Origin: Crenobacter intestini
Lineage (GTDB): Bacteria > Pseudomonadota > Gammaproteobacteria > Burkholderiales > Chromobacteriaceae
NCBI RefSeq assembly: GCF_004919095.1
Contig: NZ_STGJ01000017.1
Span: 13,275-45,274, forward strand
Direction: 5' to 3'
DNA length: 32,000 nucleotides
In this document: positions 24,230-32,000 of the stretch, piece after piece
Layout: every line of letters begins with the position of its first letter
Numbering within the stretch: the first letter of the stretch is position 1
The notes under the pieces: generated by a model
The model's input: only the letters and a program-made list of their open reading frames with translations
What the model was told of the DNA's origin: nothing
Database searches by the model: none
Made by a program: the position numbers and the translations under genes

Positions 24230-25876
24230 TTACAGCTCGAAACGGCTGACCGACGAGCGCAAGGACTGGGTGAGCCGGTTGAGCGCCTCGGTCGCTTCGG
24301 CCGTCTGATGAGCTTCGACAGCGCTGGCGCCCGCTCCCTGCGAAATCTGCTCGACATGGCGGGCGATCTCCTTGCTTGCCTCACTCTGCTCGCCCAGCGC
24401 GTGCGAGATATCCCCGATCACACCGACCACCCCCGCCGTGCTCTGGCGGATGCGCTCGACCGCCTCACCCCCCTCGGCGGCCAGCGTGACGCCGTTACCG
24501 GCGCGGGAGACCGCCTGCTCGATGGTCGAGCGCGACGCGTCTGAAGCCACATGGATCGCACCCAGCATCGAGGCGATCTGCTGGGTCGACGCGGTGGTGC
24601 GCTCGGCAAGTTTCCGCACTTCGTCGGCGACCACCGCGAAGCCGCGGCCCTGCTCGCCGGCGCGCGCCGCCTCGATCGCCGCGTTGAGCGCCAGCAGGTT
24701 GGTCTGGTCGGCGACGTCGCGGATCACCTCCATGATCGAGCGGATCGACTCGGTCTTGTCGACCAGCTCGCCGATGGTCGTACTCGCCGCCGACACCTCC
24801 TGGCTGATCATTTCCATTTCGCCGACCGCACGGTTGATCACCTCGCCGCTCTGGCGCGATTCGTCGCCGGCCTGCTGCGAGCGTTCGCGTGCCTGCTGCG
24901 CGCTGTCGGCGATATGGTGGATGCTGGTGGTCAGCTGTTCGATCGCCGCCGCCATTGCCGAAGCGGCCTGGCTTTGCTGTTCGGACTGCTGTGCATTGTG
25001 CTCGGCGGAGGATTCGATAGAAACGGACATCGCCGAGAGCCTGTCGGCACTCGTCGTGATCTCTCCGATCAGCTCGCGCAGCGCGCCCTGCATCTGCGCG
25101 ATCGACGCGAGCAGGCTGTCCTTGTCGCCTGCGGCCAGCTGGACCGGCTCGTTCAGGCGGCCGGCGGCGATCTTGCGCACCACCTCGATCGCGTACGCGG
25201 GCTCGCCGCCCAGGCCGCGGATCAGGTTGCGCACGATCAGCGTGCTGACCACCAGCAACAGCACCGAGAGCACGCCGACCACGCCCAGCAGCAGCGCGGA
25301 CTGCCGCCAGAACGCCGCGTCGATATCGTCCACATAAATGCCGGTGCCGACATGCCAACCCCACTGGCTAGAGGCCCCACCCAGCCAGACCACCTTGCCG
25401 ACAGGATCCTCCTGATCCGGCTTGTTCCACCGGTACTCGGCGAGCCCGCCACCCTGGGTCGCCGCGGTCCTGAACAACTGGCCAAGATTCTGACCATCCA
25501 CGTCCTTGATGCCGTCCATCGACTTGCCGAGCAGCCTGGGGTTGACCCCGTGCGCGACGGTCACCATGTTCCCGTCAAGGATGAAGAAATATTCGTCTTG
25601 GTCGAAACGCTGCGCAGTAATCGCCGCCAGCGCAAGACGCTGCGCGTCAGGCTGCGCCAACTTGCCCTCACGCGCCTGCGCCTCGTAATACCCGATCATG
25701 GACGCACTGGATTCGACCAGCGCGCGGACTTTGTCGATCCGGTCTTCGAGCATCACCTTACGCTGCCCGACCAAGGCAAGCGCACTTAACACAAGCAGGC
25801 CGGCGACCGCCAGCGCGATCAGGGCGTACAGCTTGCCGCGCATCGACAGCGCAGCCCGGTGATTTTCTTTTGCCAT
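24230..25876 (-). CDS. Methyl-accepting chemotaxis protein with periplasmic Cache-type sensor
   Basis: TM + [11 protein letters not shown]...[30 protein letters not shown]...[14 protein letters not shown]; HAMP; [38 protein letters not shown]. Confidence 0.93.
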   Translation of the reverse strand: MAKENHRAALSMRGKLYALIALAVAGLLVLSALALVGQRKVMLEDRIDKVRALVESSASMIGYYEAQAREGKLAQPDAQRLALAAITAQRFDQDEYFFILDGNMVTVAHGVNPRLLGKSMDGIKDVDGQNLGQLFRTAATQGGGLAEYRWNKPDQEDPVGKVVWLGGASSQWGWHVGTGIYVDDIDAAFWRQSALLLGVVGVLSVLLLVVSTLIVRNLIRGLGGEPAYAIEVVRKIAAGRLNEPVQLAAGDKDSLLASIAQMQGALRELIGEITTSADRLSAMSVSIESSAEHNAQQSEQQSQAASAMAAAIEQLTTSIHHIADSAQQARERSQQAGDESRQSGEVINRAVGEMEMISQEVSAASTTIGELVDKTESIRSIMEVIRDVADQTNLLALNAAIEAARAGEQGRGFAVVADEVRKLAERTTASTQQIASMLGAIHVASDASRSTIEQAVSRAGNGVTLAAEGGEAVERIRQSTAGVVGVIGDISHALGEQSEASKEIARHVEQISQGAGASAVEAHQTAEATEALNRLTQSLRSSVSRFEL

Positions 25877-26031
25877 AGCAATCCCCACTAGCTATTCAAA
25901 CAACTCAGAACTCTTAAAGATATTCGCACGCCATTAATGCCAAACAACTATACTACACAAAAACACTATGAATAATATGGGTATGCCCAGAGTGGGCGAC
26001 CAAGCATCACGGCTGATCGAATAAGAGCACA

Positions 26032-26445
26032 ATGTTTTCGCCAAACTCAGCAAAAGCCACATGCAGTGGCTGCCACATCACGCAGCAGACACTGCCGACG
26101 CTGCGCGAGCTCTACCAAGCCTCCGACGGGGACCTGACGATGATGCTGGTGCTGCTCGAAGTCTGGTCACACACACATTGCCACTGCAAGCAGGGCGACA
26201 TGCCCCGAGCGACCAACGGCCATTCGATCGCGCTGGTCACCGGCATCCCGCGCGAGACCGTGCGCCGCAAGCTCGTCAAACTCACCGCGCTAGGCTGGCT
26301 CACCGAAAACGCGCACGGCCAGCTGCTGCCGGCACCGCATCTGGGCGAACAATTGCACCCCTTGCGCTCGCATTGCCTCGCGCTGTTGGCTCGCGATAAA
26401 AAAGCCCTGCACGCTGAAGCGGCAGGGCTGTCGATGGCGCCTTGA
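26032..26445 (+). CDS. Small winged-helix/HTH DNA-binding protein
   Basis: SIALVTGIPRETVRRKLVKLTALGWLTENAHGQLL helix-turn-helix pattern; N-terminal start not certain. Confidence 0.7.
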   Translation: MFSPNSAKATCSGCHITQQTLPTLRELYQASDGDLTMMLVLLEVWSHTHCHCKQGDMPRATNGHSIALVTGIPRETVRRKLVKLTALGWLTENAHGQLLPAPHLGEQLHPLRSHCLALLARDKKALHAEAAGLSMAP

Positions 26446-26448
26446 GCG

Positions 26449-27663
26449 TCAGCCGCGCGCGGCCAGCTCGACGATGCGTTTCGTCAGCGCGTACGATTTT
26501 TCCAGCGCCCCCAGCGGCAGGAACTCGTAGATCGAGTGAAAGTTGTGCGCGCCGGTGAAGTAGTTCGGCGTGCACACCCCGCGCGGCGACAAGGCCGAGC
26601 CGTCGGTGCCGCCGCGCATCGGGATCACCTTGGGCGCGATGCCCAGTTCTGCCATCCCCTCGAAGATCAGGTCGATCGCGCGGCGGTCTTCACCCAGCGA
26701 CTGCGCGATGTTCGCGTACACATCCTCCACCCGGAACTCGACCCTCGCCTTCGGGTGGCGCGCCGCCACCAGCGCGACCGCGTCGCCGATGAAGCGCTTG
26801 CGCGCCTCGAACGAGGTAAGGTCGAAGTCGCGGATCGCCATCTTCAGCGTCGCCTGGTTCGGGTTCGCCTGCAGGTCGGTGAACCAGAAGTAGCCGTCGC
26901 GACCGGCGGTGTGCTCGGGAGTGTCGGTGCGGTCGAAGTGCGCCATCAGGTCGGTCAGCACGCGGATCGGGTTGACCAGCACGCCCTTGGCCGACATCGG
27001 GTGCGCAGTCACGCCGGTCACCTTCACCTCGACGGACGCCGCGTTGAAGGTCTCGTACACCACCTCGCCCGTCTCGCAGCAGTCGATGGTGTACGCGAAG
27101 TCGACGTCGAAGCGCGTGAGGTCCAGCAGCTTGGAGCCCTTGAGGCCGATCTCCTCGTCCGGCACGAAGGCGACCACGAGGTCGCCGTGCGCGGCGGGCA
27201 GGTCGGACAGCAGCGTCATCACCACGGCGATCGCCGCCTTGTTGTCGGCGCCCAGCACGCTGGTGCCGTCGGTCACCACGATCTCCTCGCCGCGGTAAGG
27301 CAGGATCTCCGGGTGCTCGGCGACGCGCAGCCAGATGTCCTGGCGCGGGTTCAGGCAGATGTCCGTGCCGTCGAACGCCACCACCTGCGGCAAGATTTCG
27401 GGCGAGATGCCGACGTCGACGGTATCGAGGTGCGCGACAAAGCCGATGCGCGGCGCGCCGGGCAGGTTGCCGGTTTTTTTGGCGGTGAGGATGCCGTGCC
27501 CGTCGACATGCACGTCCGAGAGGCCCAGCGCTTCGAGCTCGGCCGCGAGCACGCGCGCGAGTTCAAGCTGGCCGGGGGTGGACGGGACCGAAGCGGCGGA
27601 CGCGTCGCTCTGGCTGGGGATGGCGACGTAGCGCAGGAAGCGCTCGAGCAGTTGTTGTTTCAT
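26449..27663 (-). CDS. pepT: Peptidase T (M20 family tripeptidase)
   Basis: MKQQLLERFLRYVAIPSQSD...GFVAHLDTVD...VTDGTSVLGADNKAAIAVVMTLL...PDEEIGLKG...YTIDCCETGEVVYETFNAA...RGGTDGSALSPRGVCTPNYFTGAHNFHS. Confidence 0.95.
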   Translation of the reverse strand: MKQQLLERFLRYVAIPSQSDASAASVPSTPGQLELARVLAAELEALGLSDVHVDGHGILTAKKTGNLPGAPRIGFVAHLDTVDVGISPEILPQVVAFDGTDICLNPRQDIWLRVAEHPEILPYRGEEIVVTDGTSVLGADNKAAIAVVMTLLSDLPAAHGDLVVAFVPDEEIGLKGSKLLDLTRFDVDFAYTIDCCETGEVVYETFNAASVEVKVTGVTAHPMSAKGVLVNPIRVLTDLMAHFDRTDTPEHTAGRDGYFWFTDLQANPNQATLKMAIRDFDLTSFEARKRFIGDAVALVAARHPKARVEFRVEDVYANIAQSLGEDRRAIDLIFEGMAELGIAPKVIPMRGGTDGSALSPRGVCTPNYFTGAHNFHSIYEFLPLGALEKSYALTKRIVELAARG

Positions 27664-27740
27664 CGGGAATCCTTGCAAGGCAAGACTTGCGATGGGTCAG
27701 GCCCACGGCCGTCACCCATCACATACAGTCAGGGGGTGAC

Positions 27741-29306
27741 TTAGCGCACCGGCGGGTAGACGTAGCCGCTGTCAAAGCCCAGCGGAATGCCCAGCCCCCA
27801 GAACAGGTAGAGCGTCGCGGTCAGCACCACCAGCAGGCCGACGGTGTACGGCAGCATCATCGAGCACAGCGTGCCGACGCCCGAATCTTTGCAGTACTGG
27901 CGGCAGTACATCAGGATCAGCGGGTAGAACGCGAACATCGGCGTCGAAACGTTGACCGCCGAATCCGAGATGCGGAACGCCGCCTGGGTGAGCTCCGGCG
28001 AGATGCCCACCGCCATCAGCATCGGCACGAATACCGGCGCCAGGATCGCCCACTTGGACGACGCCGAGGTGATGATCAGGTTCAGGCAGGCGGTCAGCAT
28101 GATGATGCCGAACACGGTGAAGCCCGCCGGCATCGCCAGCTCCTTCAGGAAGTCGGCGCCGGAGATCGCGATCAGCGTGCCGATGTTCGAGCGGCCGAAC
28201 GAGTACAGGAACTGGGCGCAGAAGAAGCCGAACACCATGAACGAGATCAGCGAGCGGGTGATGTTCTCCATCGACGCGGTCACGTCCTTCGAGCTCTTGA
28301 ACTTCTTCACCGCGAAGCCGTACACCAGGCCGGGGATCGCGAAGAACAGGAACAGCAGCGGCACGATCGCCTGCATCACCGGCGCCTTCGGGCTGGTCAG
28401 GCTGCCGTCCGGCGCACGCCACAGCGAACCCTCCGGCGCAAGCAAGAGCGCGAGGCCCGCGATCAGCGCGAGCATGGTCAGGCCGGCGTAGCGGAACGCG
28501 CGGTTCTCTTCCGGCGTGATGTGGCGCAGGTCCTCGTCCTTGCCGGTATCGAGCTCCTTGTTCAGCGGCATCGACGCCTTGAGCCGGGGCTCGACGATGC
28601 GGTCGGTGATGAACCAGCACACCGCGATCACGCCGAAGGTACCGCCCAGGCTGACGAAATAGTTGCACAGCACGTTGACGTCGTAGGCCGGGTCGATGAT
28701 GCGCGCCGCGCCCTGCGTGAAGCCCTGCATGATCGGGTCGATCGTCGAGGGGGTGTAGCTCGCGGTGAAGCCACCGGCGAGACCGGCGAACGACGCGGCG
28801 ATGCCGGCCAAGGGGTGGCGGCCGCAGGCGTAGAACATCATCGCGGAAACCGGCATCAGCACCACGTACGCCGAGTCGGACGCCATGTGGCTGACCACGC
28901 CGACGAACACCACGGCCGGGGTCAGGATCTTCTGCGGGGTGATGTTGAGCAGCTTTTTGAGCAGCACCTGGATGAAGCCGCTGCCCTCGGCGATGCCGAT
29001 GCCCAGCGTGGCGACGATGGTGATGCCCAAAGGCGGGAAGCTGATGAAGTTCTTCACCATCAGCGTGACGAAGGTGGTCAGCTCGTCGGGCGAGAGCATG
29101 TTGACGACCTGGATCACGTCGCCGGTCAGCGGGTGGCGGTAGTCGAAGCTGACGAAAGACAGCGCCCACGACAGGCCCCAGCACACGAACAGCGCGTACA
29201 GGAACAGCATCGTGATGTCGGGCAGCTTGTTGCCGACCCGTTCGATCGCATTGAGAAAGCCGCCCGCACGGGACGGCGGCGGCAGGGAGTCGCCGATGGC
29301 AGCCAT
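27741..29306 (-). CDS. AbgT family transporter (p-aminobenzoyl-glutamate/antibiotic transporter family)
   Basis: FLNAIERVGNKLPDITMLFLYALFVCWGLSW...SFPPLGITIVATLGIGIAEGSGFI...ASDSAYVVLMPVSAMMFYACGRHPLAGIAASFAG; start M(AAIGDSL) at 29306. Confidence 0.93.
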   Translation of the reverse strand: MAAIGDSLPPPSRAGGFLNAIERVGNKLPDITMLFLYALFVCWGLSWALSFVSFDYRHPLTGDVIQVVNMLSPDELTTFVTLMVKNFISFPPLGITIVATLGIGIAEGSGFIQVLLKKLLNITPQKILTPAVVFVGVVSHMASDSAYVVLMPVSAMMFYACGRHPLAGIAASFAGLAGGFTASYTPSTIDPIMQGFTQGAARIIDPAYDVNVLCNYFVSLGGTFGVIAVCWFITDRIVEPRLKASMPLNKELDTGKDEDLRHITPEENRAFRYAGLTMLALIAGLALLLAPEGSLWRAPDGSLTSPKAPVMQAIVPLLFLFFAIPGLVYGFAVKKFKSSKDVTASMENITRSLISFMVFGFFCAQFLYSFGRSNIGTLIAISGADFLKELAMPAGFTVFGIIMLTACLNLIITSASSKWAILAPVFVPMLMAVGISPELTQAAFRISDSAVNVSTPMFAFYPLILMYCRQYCKDSGVGTLCSMMLPYTVGLLVVLTATLYLFWGLGIPLGFDSGYVYPPVR

Positions 29307-29447
29307 TGTTGTTCTCCTCGGATTCTGGCTGTCCGGGTCGGCCTGCGGTGGTCCGCCCAGACATGAACGGATCACTATATAAGAACTAACTACTTGCTAT
29401 TTTTGATACAGGTCAAGCCAAGGCAGATCCTGCTGCCACGCGCGCGC

Positions 29448-30335
29448 CTATACGCCTAGCGCGTCGGCCGGCTCGACCCGCCCCGCCACCGCCTCGCGCA
29501 GTTCGGCGAAGACGCGGACAAACGGCGCGGCCTGCCCCGCCCAGTGGCCGTGCCTGAGCAGGCAGTCGATCGCGACCAGTGCCGCGTCGATCATGAAACG
29601 CCCGTCCAGCAGCAAGGCCTCGACCTCGGCGAACGGCAGCAGCACGTGCTCGGAAAATTCGCCGTCCTGGTTGCAGGGAGTGATGCCCTCGGGCAGCCAC
29701 AAGTCGTGCACGTACAGCCACTCGCGGTGCAGGCCGCGCGCGACCGGCCGCTCGGCCAATAACCGGCACACCGGTTCGAGCGCCGACAGCCGGGCGGCGT
29801 CGATCCCCGCCTCCTCCCAGCCCTCGCGCAGGCAGGCGTCGCGCAGGGTCTCGCCGGCAGCCACCCCGCCGCCGACCAGGTTGTCCATGCGGTTGGGCTC
29901 GTACGACTTCTCCGGGCTTCTCCGGCCGACCCACATGCGGATCTCGCCATCCGCCAGGCGGGTGAGCCCGTTGATGTGGATCGCCCGGCTGGTCAGCCCC
30001 AGCGGACGGAACGCCGCGCGCTCGAGCTCGAACAGCAGCTCGCCCTTCTCGCCGTGCGCGGCAAATTGTTCGTTCCGCCAGCCGGTCAGCCAGCCCGCGT
30101 CGCGCCAGCCTGCGGCCGCCGCGCCCAGTTGCCGGCTGCGCGCGGCGGCGTCGCCCTCAAGCGCGCACACCAGCTTGTCGCCGTGGCCGGCAAACAGCCC
30201 GGACGGGCAGGCGAGCAGGCGTTCGCGCCATTCGCGGTTGACCGAACCCAGCGTCTGCTCACACACGACAAGCGGGGAAAAATCGGACAGGTCGTGGCGC
30301 GCGATGCGCTCAAGGTAGGCGGCGGCAGGATGCAT
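29448..30335 (-). CDS. Nudix hydrolase with N-terminal DUF4743-like domain
   Basis: MHPAAAYLERIARHDLSDFSPLVV...; Nudix box GGGVAAGETLRDACLREGWEEAGI; start at 30335. Confidence 0.85.
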   Translation of the reverse strand: MHPAAAYLERIARHDLSDFSPLVVCEQTLGSVNREWRERLLACPSGLFAGHGDKLVCALEGDAAARSRQLGAAAAGWRDAGWLTGWRNEQFAAHGEKGELLFELERAAFRPLGLTSRAIHINGLTRLADGEIRMWVGRRSPEKSYEPNRMDNLVGGGVAAGETLRDACLREGWEEAGIDAARLSALEPVCRLLAERPVARGLHREWLYVHDLWLPEGITPCNQDGEFSEHVLLPFAEVEALLLDGRFMIDAALVAIDCLLRHGHWAGQAAPFVRVFAELREAVAGRVEPADALGV

Positions 30336-30385
30336 GGCGGCGGCTCGGCAGTCAGAAGCGCACAAGTTTATCCATTTTTCATTTT

Positions 30386-31531
30386 TTAGGCTTGCCATGA
30401 ATCAATTTTGGCTAACCTGGCGAGCCGTCCGGGCAGGTCAGCCTGTTCGCCCAGCTTCAGCAACAGGGCCAGCACCTCGGCGCTGGCACGCTCCATCTCT
30501 GCGAGCGCCGGCGCGACTGCTTCGTCTTCCGCGCCGGCGAACGCGGCAAGCGCCTGGCGGCCCGCCGCGTGTACCCGCTCGTGCGGCGCAGAAACCGCCC
30601 GGTACGCGGGCAGCGCGCTGAAGTAGTCGCGCCCGCGACCGCTCTCGTACCAGCGGCCGAGGCGGCAGCCGTGGTGGTCGGGCAGCGCCCCGGGCGACGC
30701 TTCGGCCCGCCCCCCGCACAGCAAGGCCTCGTAGATGCGCAGCTTGTAGACGAGGTGGTCGAAGCGGGTGACCTCGAGGAAGGAAACGTTGGCGGTATGG
30801 TCGATCGCGTCGCGCATCGCGTGGCACAACGTCAGCAGCGCGTCGAGGCGGGCGGCGCTTCGCGCGCCCTGCGCGCGCTGCGCCTCGGCCTCCCCTGCCG
30901 CGAGCGCGGCGCGTTCGCCGGTGTTACGCGAACGCTCGTCGATCGACTCGACGAGAAGGCCGATCTCGCCGGTGGCCTGGCTGGTGCGCTCGGCAAGCTT
31001 CCTCACCTCGTCGGCGACCACCGCGAAGCCGCGGCCGGCCTCGCCGGCGCGCGCCGCCTCGATCGCCGCGTTCAGCGCCAGCAGATTGGTCTGGTCGGCG
31101 ACTTCGCGGATCAGCGCGACGAAGCCGCCGATGCGGCCGGTCAGCTCGTCGAGTTGGCGGATGTCGGCGGCGACCGCCAGTTGGCGCTCGATCATCGCGT
31201 CGAAGCTGCCGATCAGGGTGCTCACTTCGGCGACACTGGCCTCGAGCGCCTCCAGGTGACCGCCGTTGCGCGTGCGCTCGGCGTCCAGTTCGTCGGCCAG
31301 TGCCGCGAGCGAGCGCTGCACGTCGAGCGCGGAGCCGGTGAACGCGCCGAACGCGTCCGCGTAGCGGCACTGGCCGGCCTGTTCGCGCAGACGCGCCCCG
31401 GCCGCTTCCAGCTCGGCAATGCGCGCGCGCGCCGAGGCGAGTTCCGCGTCCTGCGCGTCGCAACGCGCCTGCAGCACGCGCTGGTCTTCTTGCGCCTGGG
31501 CAAGCGCCCGCCTGGCCGAATTTCCGAACAT
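30386..31531 (-). CDS. Soluble MCP-like signalling protein with C-terminal CZB (zinc-binding chemoreceptor) domain
   Basis: [38 protein letters not shown] then [16 protein letters not shown]...[15 protein letters not shown]...HERVH. Start may be 31531 (MFGNSARR) or 31576. Confidence 0.88.
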   Translation of the reverse strand: MFGNSARRALAQAQEDQRVLQARCDAQDAELASARARIAELEAAGARLREQAGQCRYADAFGAFTGSALDVQRSLAALADELDAERTRNGGHLEALEASVAEVSTLIGSFDAMIERQLAVAADIRQLDELTGRIGGFVALIREVADQTNLLALNAAIEAARAGEAGRGFAVVADEVRKLAERTSQATGEIGLLVESIDERSRNTGERAALAAGEAEAQRAQGARSAARLDALLTLCHAMRDAIDHTANVSFLEVTRFDHLVYKLRIYEALLCGGRAEASPGALPDHHGCRLGRWYESGRGRDYFSALPAYRAVSAPHERVHAAGRQALAAFAGAEDEAVAPALAEMERASAEVLALLLKLGEQADLPGRLARLAKIDSWQA

Positions 31532-31639
31532 ATCCGAGCAATCCGCGTAAATTTGATAGCGAATTGTATCGAACATACGCGAAGCAGCTTATGACGACGG
31601 TCAAGCCCTGTCCGGACAGCGTGCCGCTACGGCAAAGGC

Positions 31640-32000
31640 TCAGGCGGTCAGGGACTCCATCTCGGCCTGCGCGCGCTTGTAGCCCTCGGGCTCGGCCTGC
31701 TGGCCCAGCCGGTGAAGCAGCTCCAGCACCTCGCGGCTGGCGGCCTCCATCGCCGAGAGCTGGCGTGCCAGTTCGTCAGGCTGGCGTGCCGCGAAGGCCC
31801 GCAGCGCCTGACGACCGGCTTCGTGCACGCGCGCATGCGGGCGCTCCAGCTCCCGGAAGGCCGGGAAGCGGGCAAATTCCTCGCGGCCGCGCCCCTGCTC
31901 GCACCACTGGCCAAGCCGGCACTGGTGGTGGTCGCTGAGCGCCTCGGGTTTGGCGTCACCCGGCTCGCCGGTCAGCACCGTCCGGTAGACCCCCAGCTTG
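31640..32000 (-). CDS. CZB-domain protein, C-terminal portion (runs off window)
   Basis: KLGVYRTVLTGEPGDAKPEALSDHHQCRLGQWCEQGRGREEFARFPAFRELERPHARVHEAGRQALRAF; reading frame continues to the window end. Confidence 0.82.
   Translation of the reverse strand, partial: KLGVYRTVLTGEPGDAKPEALSDHHQCRLGQWCEQGRGREEFARFPAFRELERPHARVHEAGRQALRAFAARQPDELARQLSAMEAASREVLELLHRLGQQAEPEGYKRAQAEMESLTA

Noticed and set aside
27687-29366. 559-aa plus-strand ORF opposite the AbgT transporter
   Set aside because: Antisense high-GC artefact over a well-conserved transporter.
1-32000. CRISPR arrays, transposase/IS elements, retron, toxin-antitoxin or restriction genes
   Set aside because: None seen by reading: no regular spacer-repeat arrays and no recognisable proteins of these classes. 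Short cryptic elements cannot be excluded without tools.

Overview
This 32-kb high-GC window is most consistent with a betaproteobacterial (Neisseriales-like) chromosome; that taxonomy is inferred only from gene content and order. Read left to right, it holds the start of pth, then rplY/ctc, prs, tRNA-Gln(TTG), ispE, lolB, a TPR lipoprotein, mutM, a PlsC-type acyltransferase, apaH, rep/uvrD and a two-domain cytochrome c. Next comes an intact tRNA-Arg(CCG) carrying an integrated element of about 6.9 kb (10727-17699). After the element come lemA, two TPM-domain genes, sbp, an ars cluster (ACR3, arsC, arsR), an orphan ATP-grasp gene, an MCP, a small HTH gene, pepT, an AbgT-family transporter, a Nudix hydrolase and two tandem CZB-domain chemoreceptor-like genes, the second truncated by the window. 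The element is the most interesting region. It is bounded by perfect 56-bp direct repeats made of the tRNA 3' part. Both ends carry hairpins directly after the tRNA end and a near-identical 39-bp repeat that looks like integrase arm sites. All of its supported genes are on the minus strand: tyrosine integrase, AlpA-like regulator, a primase split into a CHC2 zinc-finger gene and a TOPRIM-RepA-like helicase gene, a TubC-docking-like small protein, two genes overlapping out of frame by 113 nt, and a DUF2442-like protein followed by an HTH reading frame with no normal start codon. A plus-strand terminator between int and alpA has no plus-strand gene to terminate and may mark a small RNA. I see no capsid, packaging or conjugation genes. 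I cannot establish novelty without database searches.
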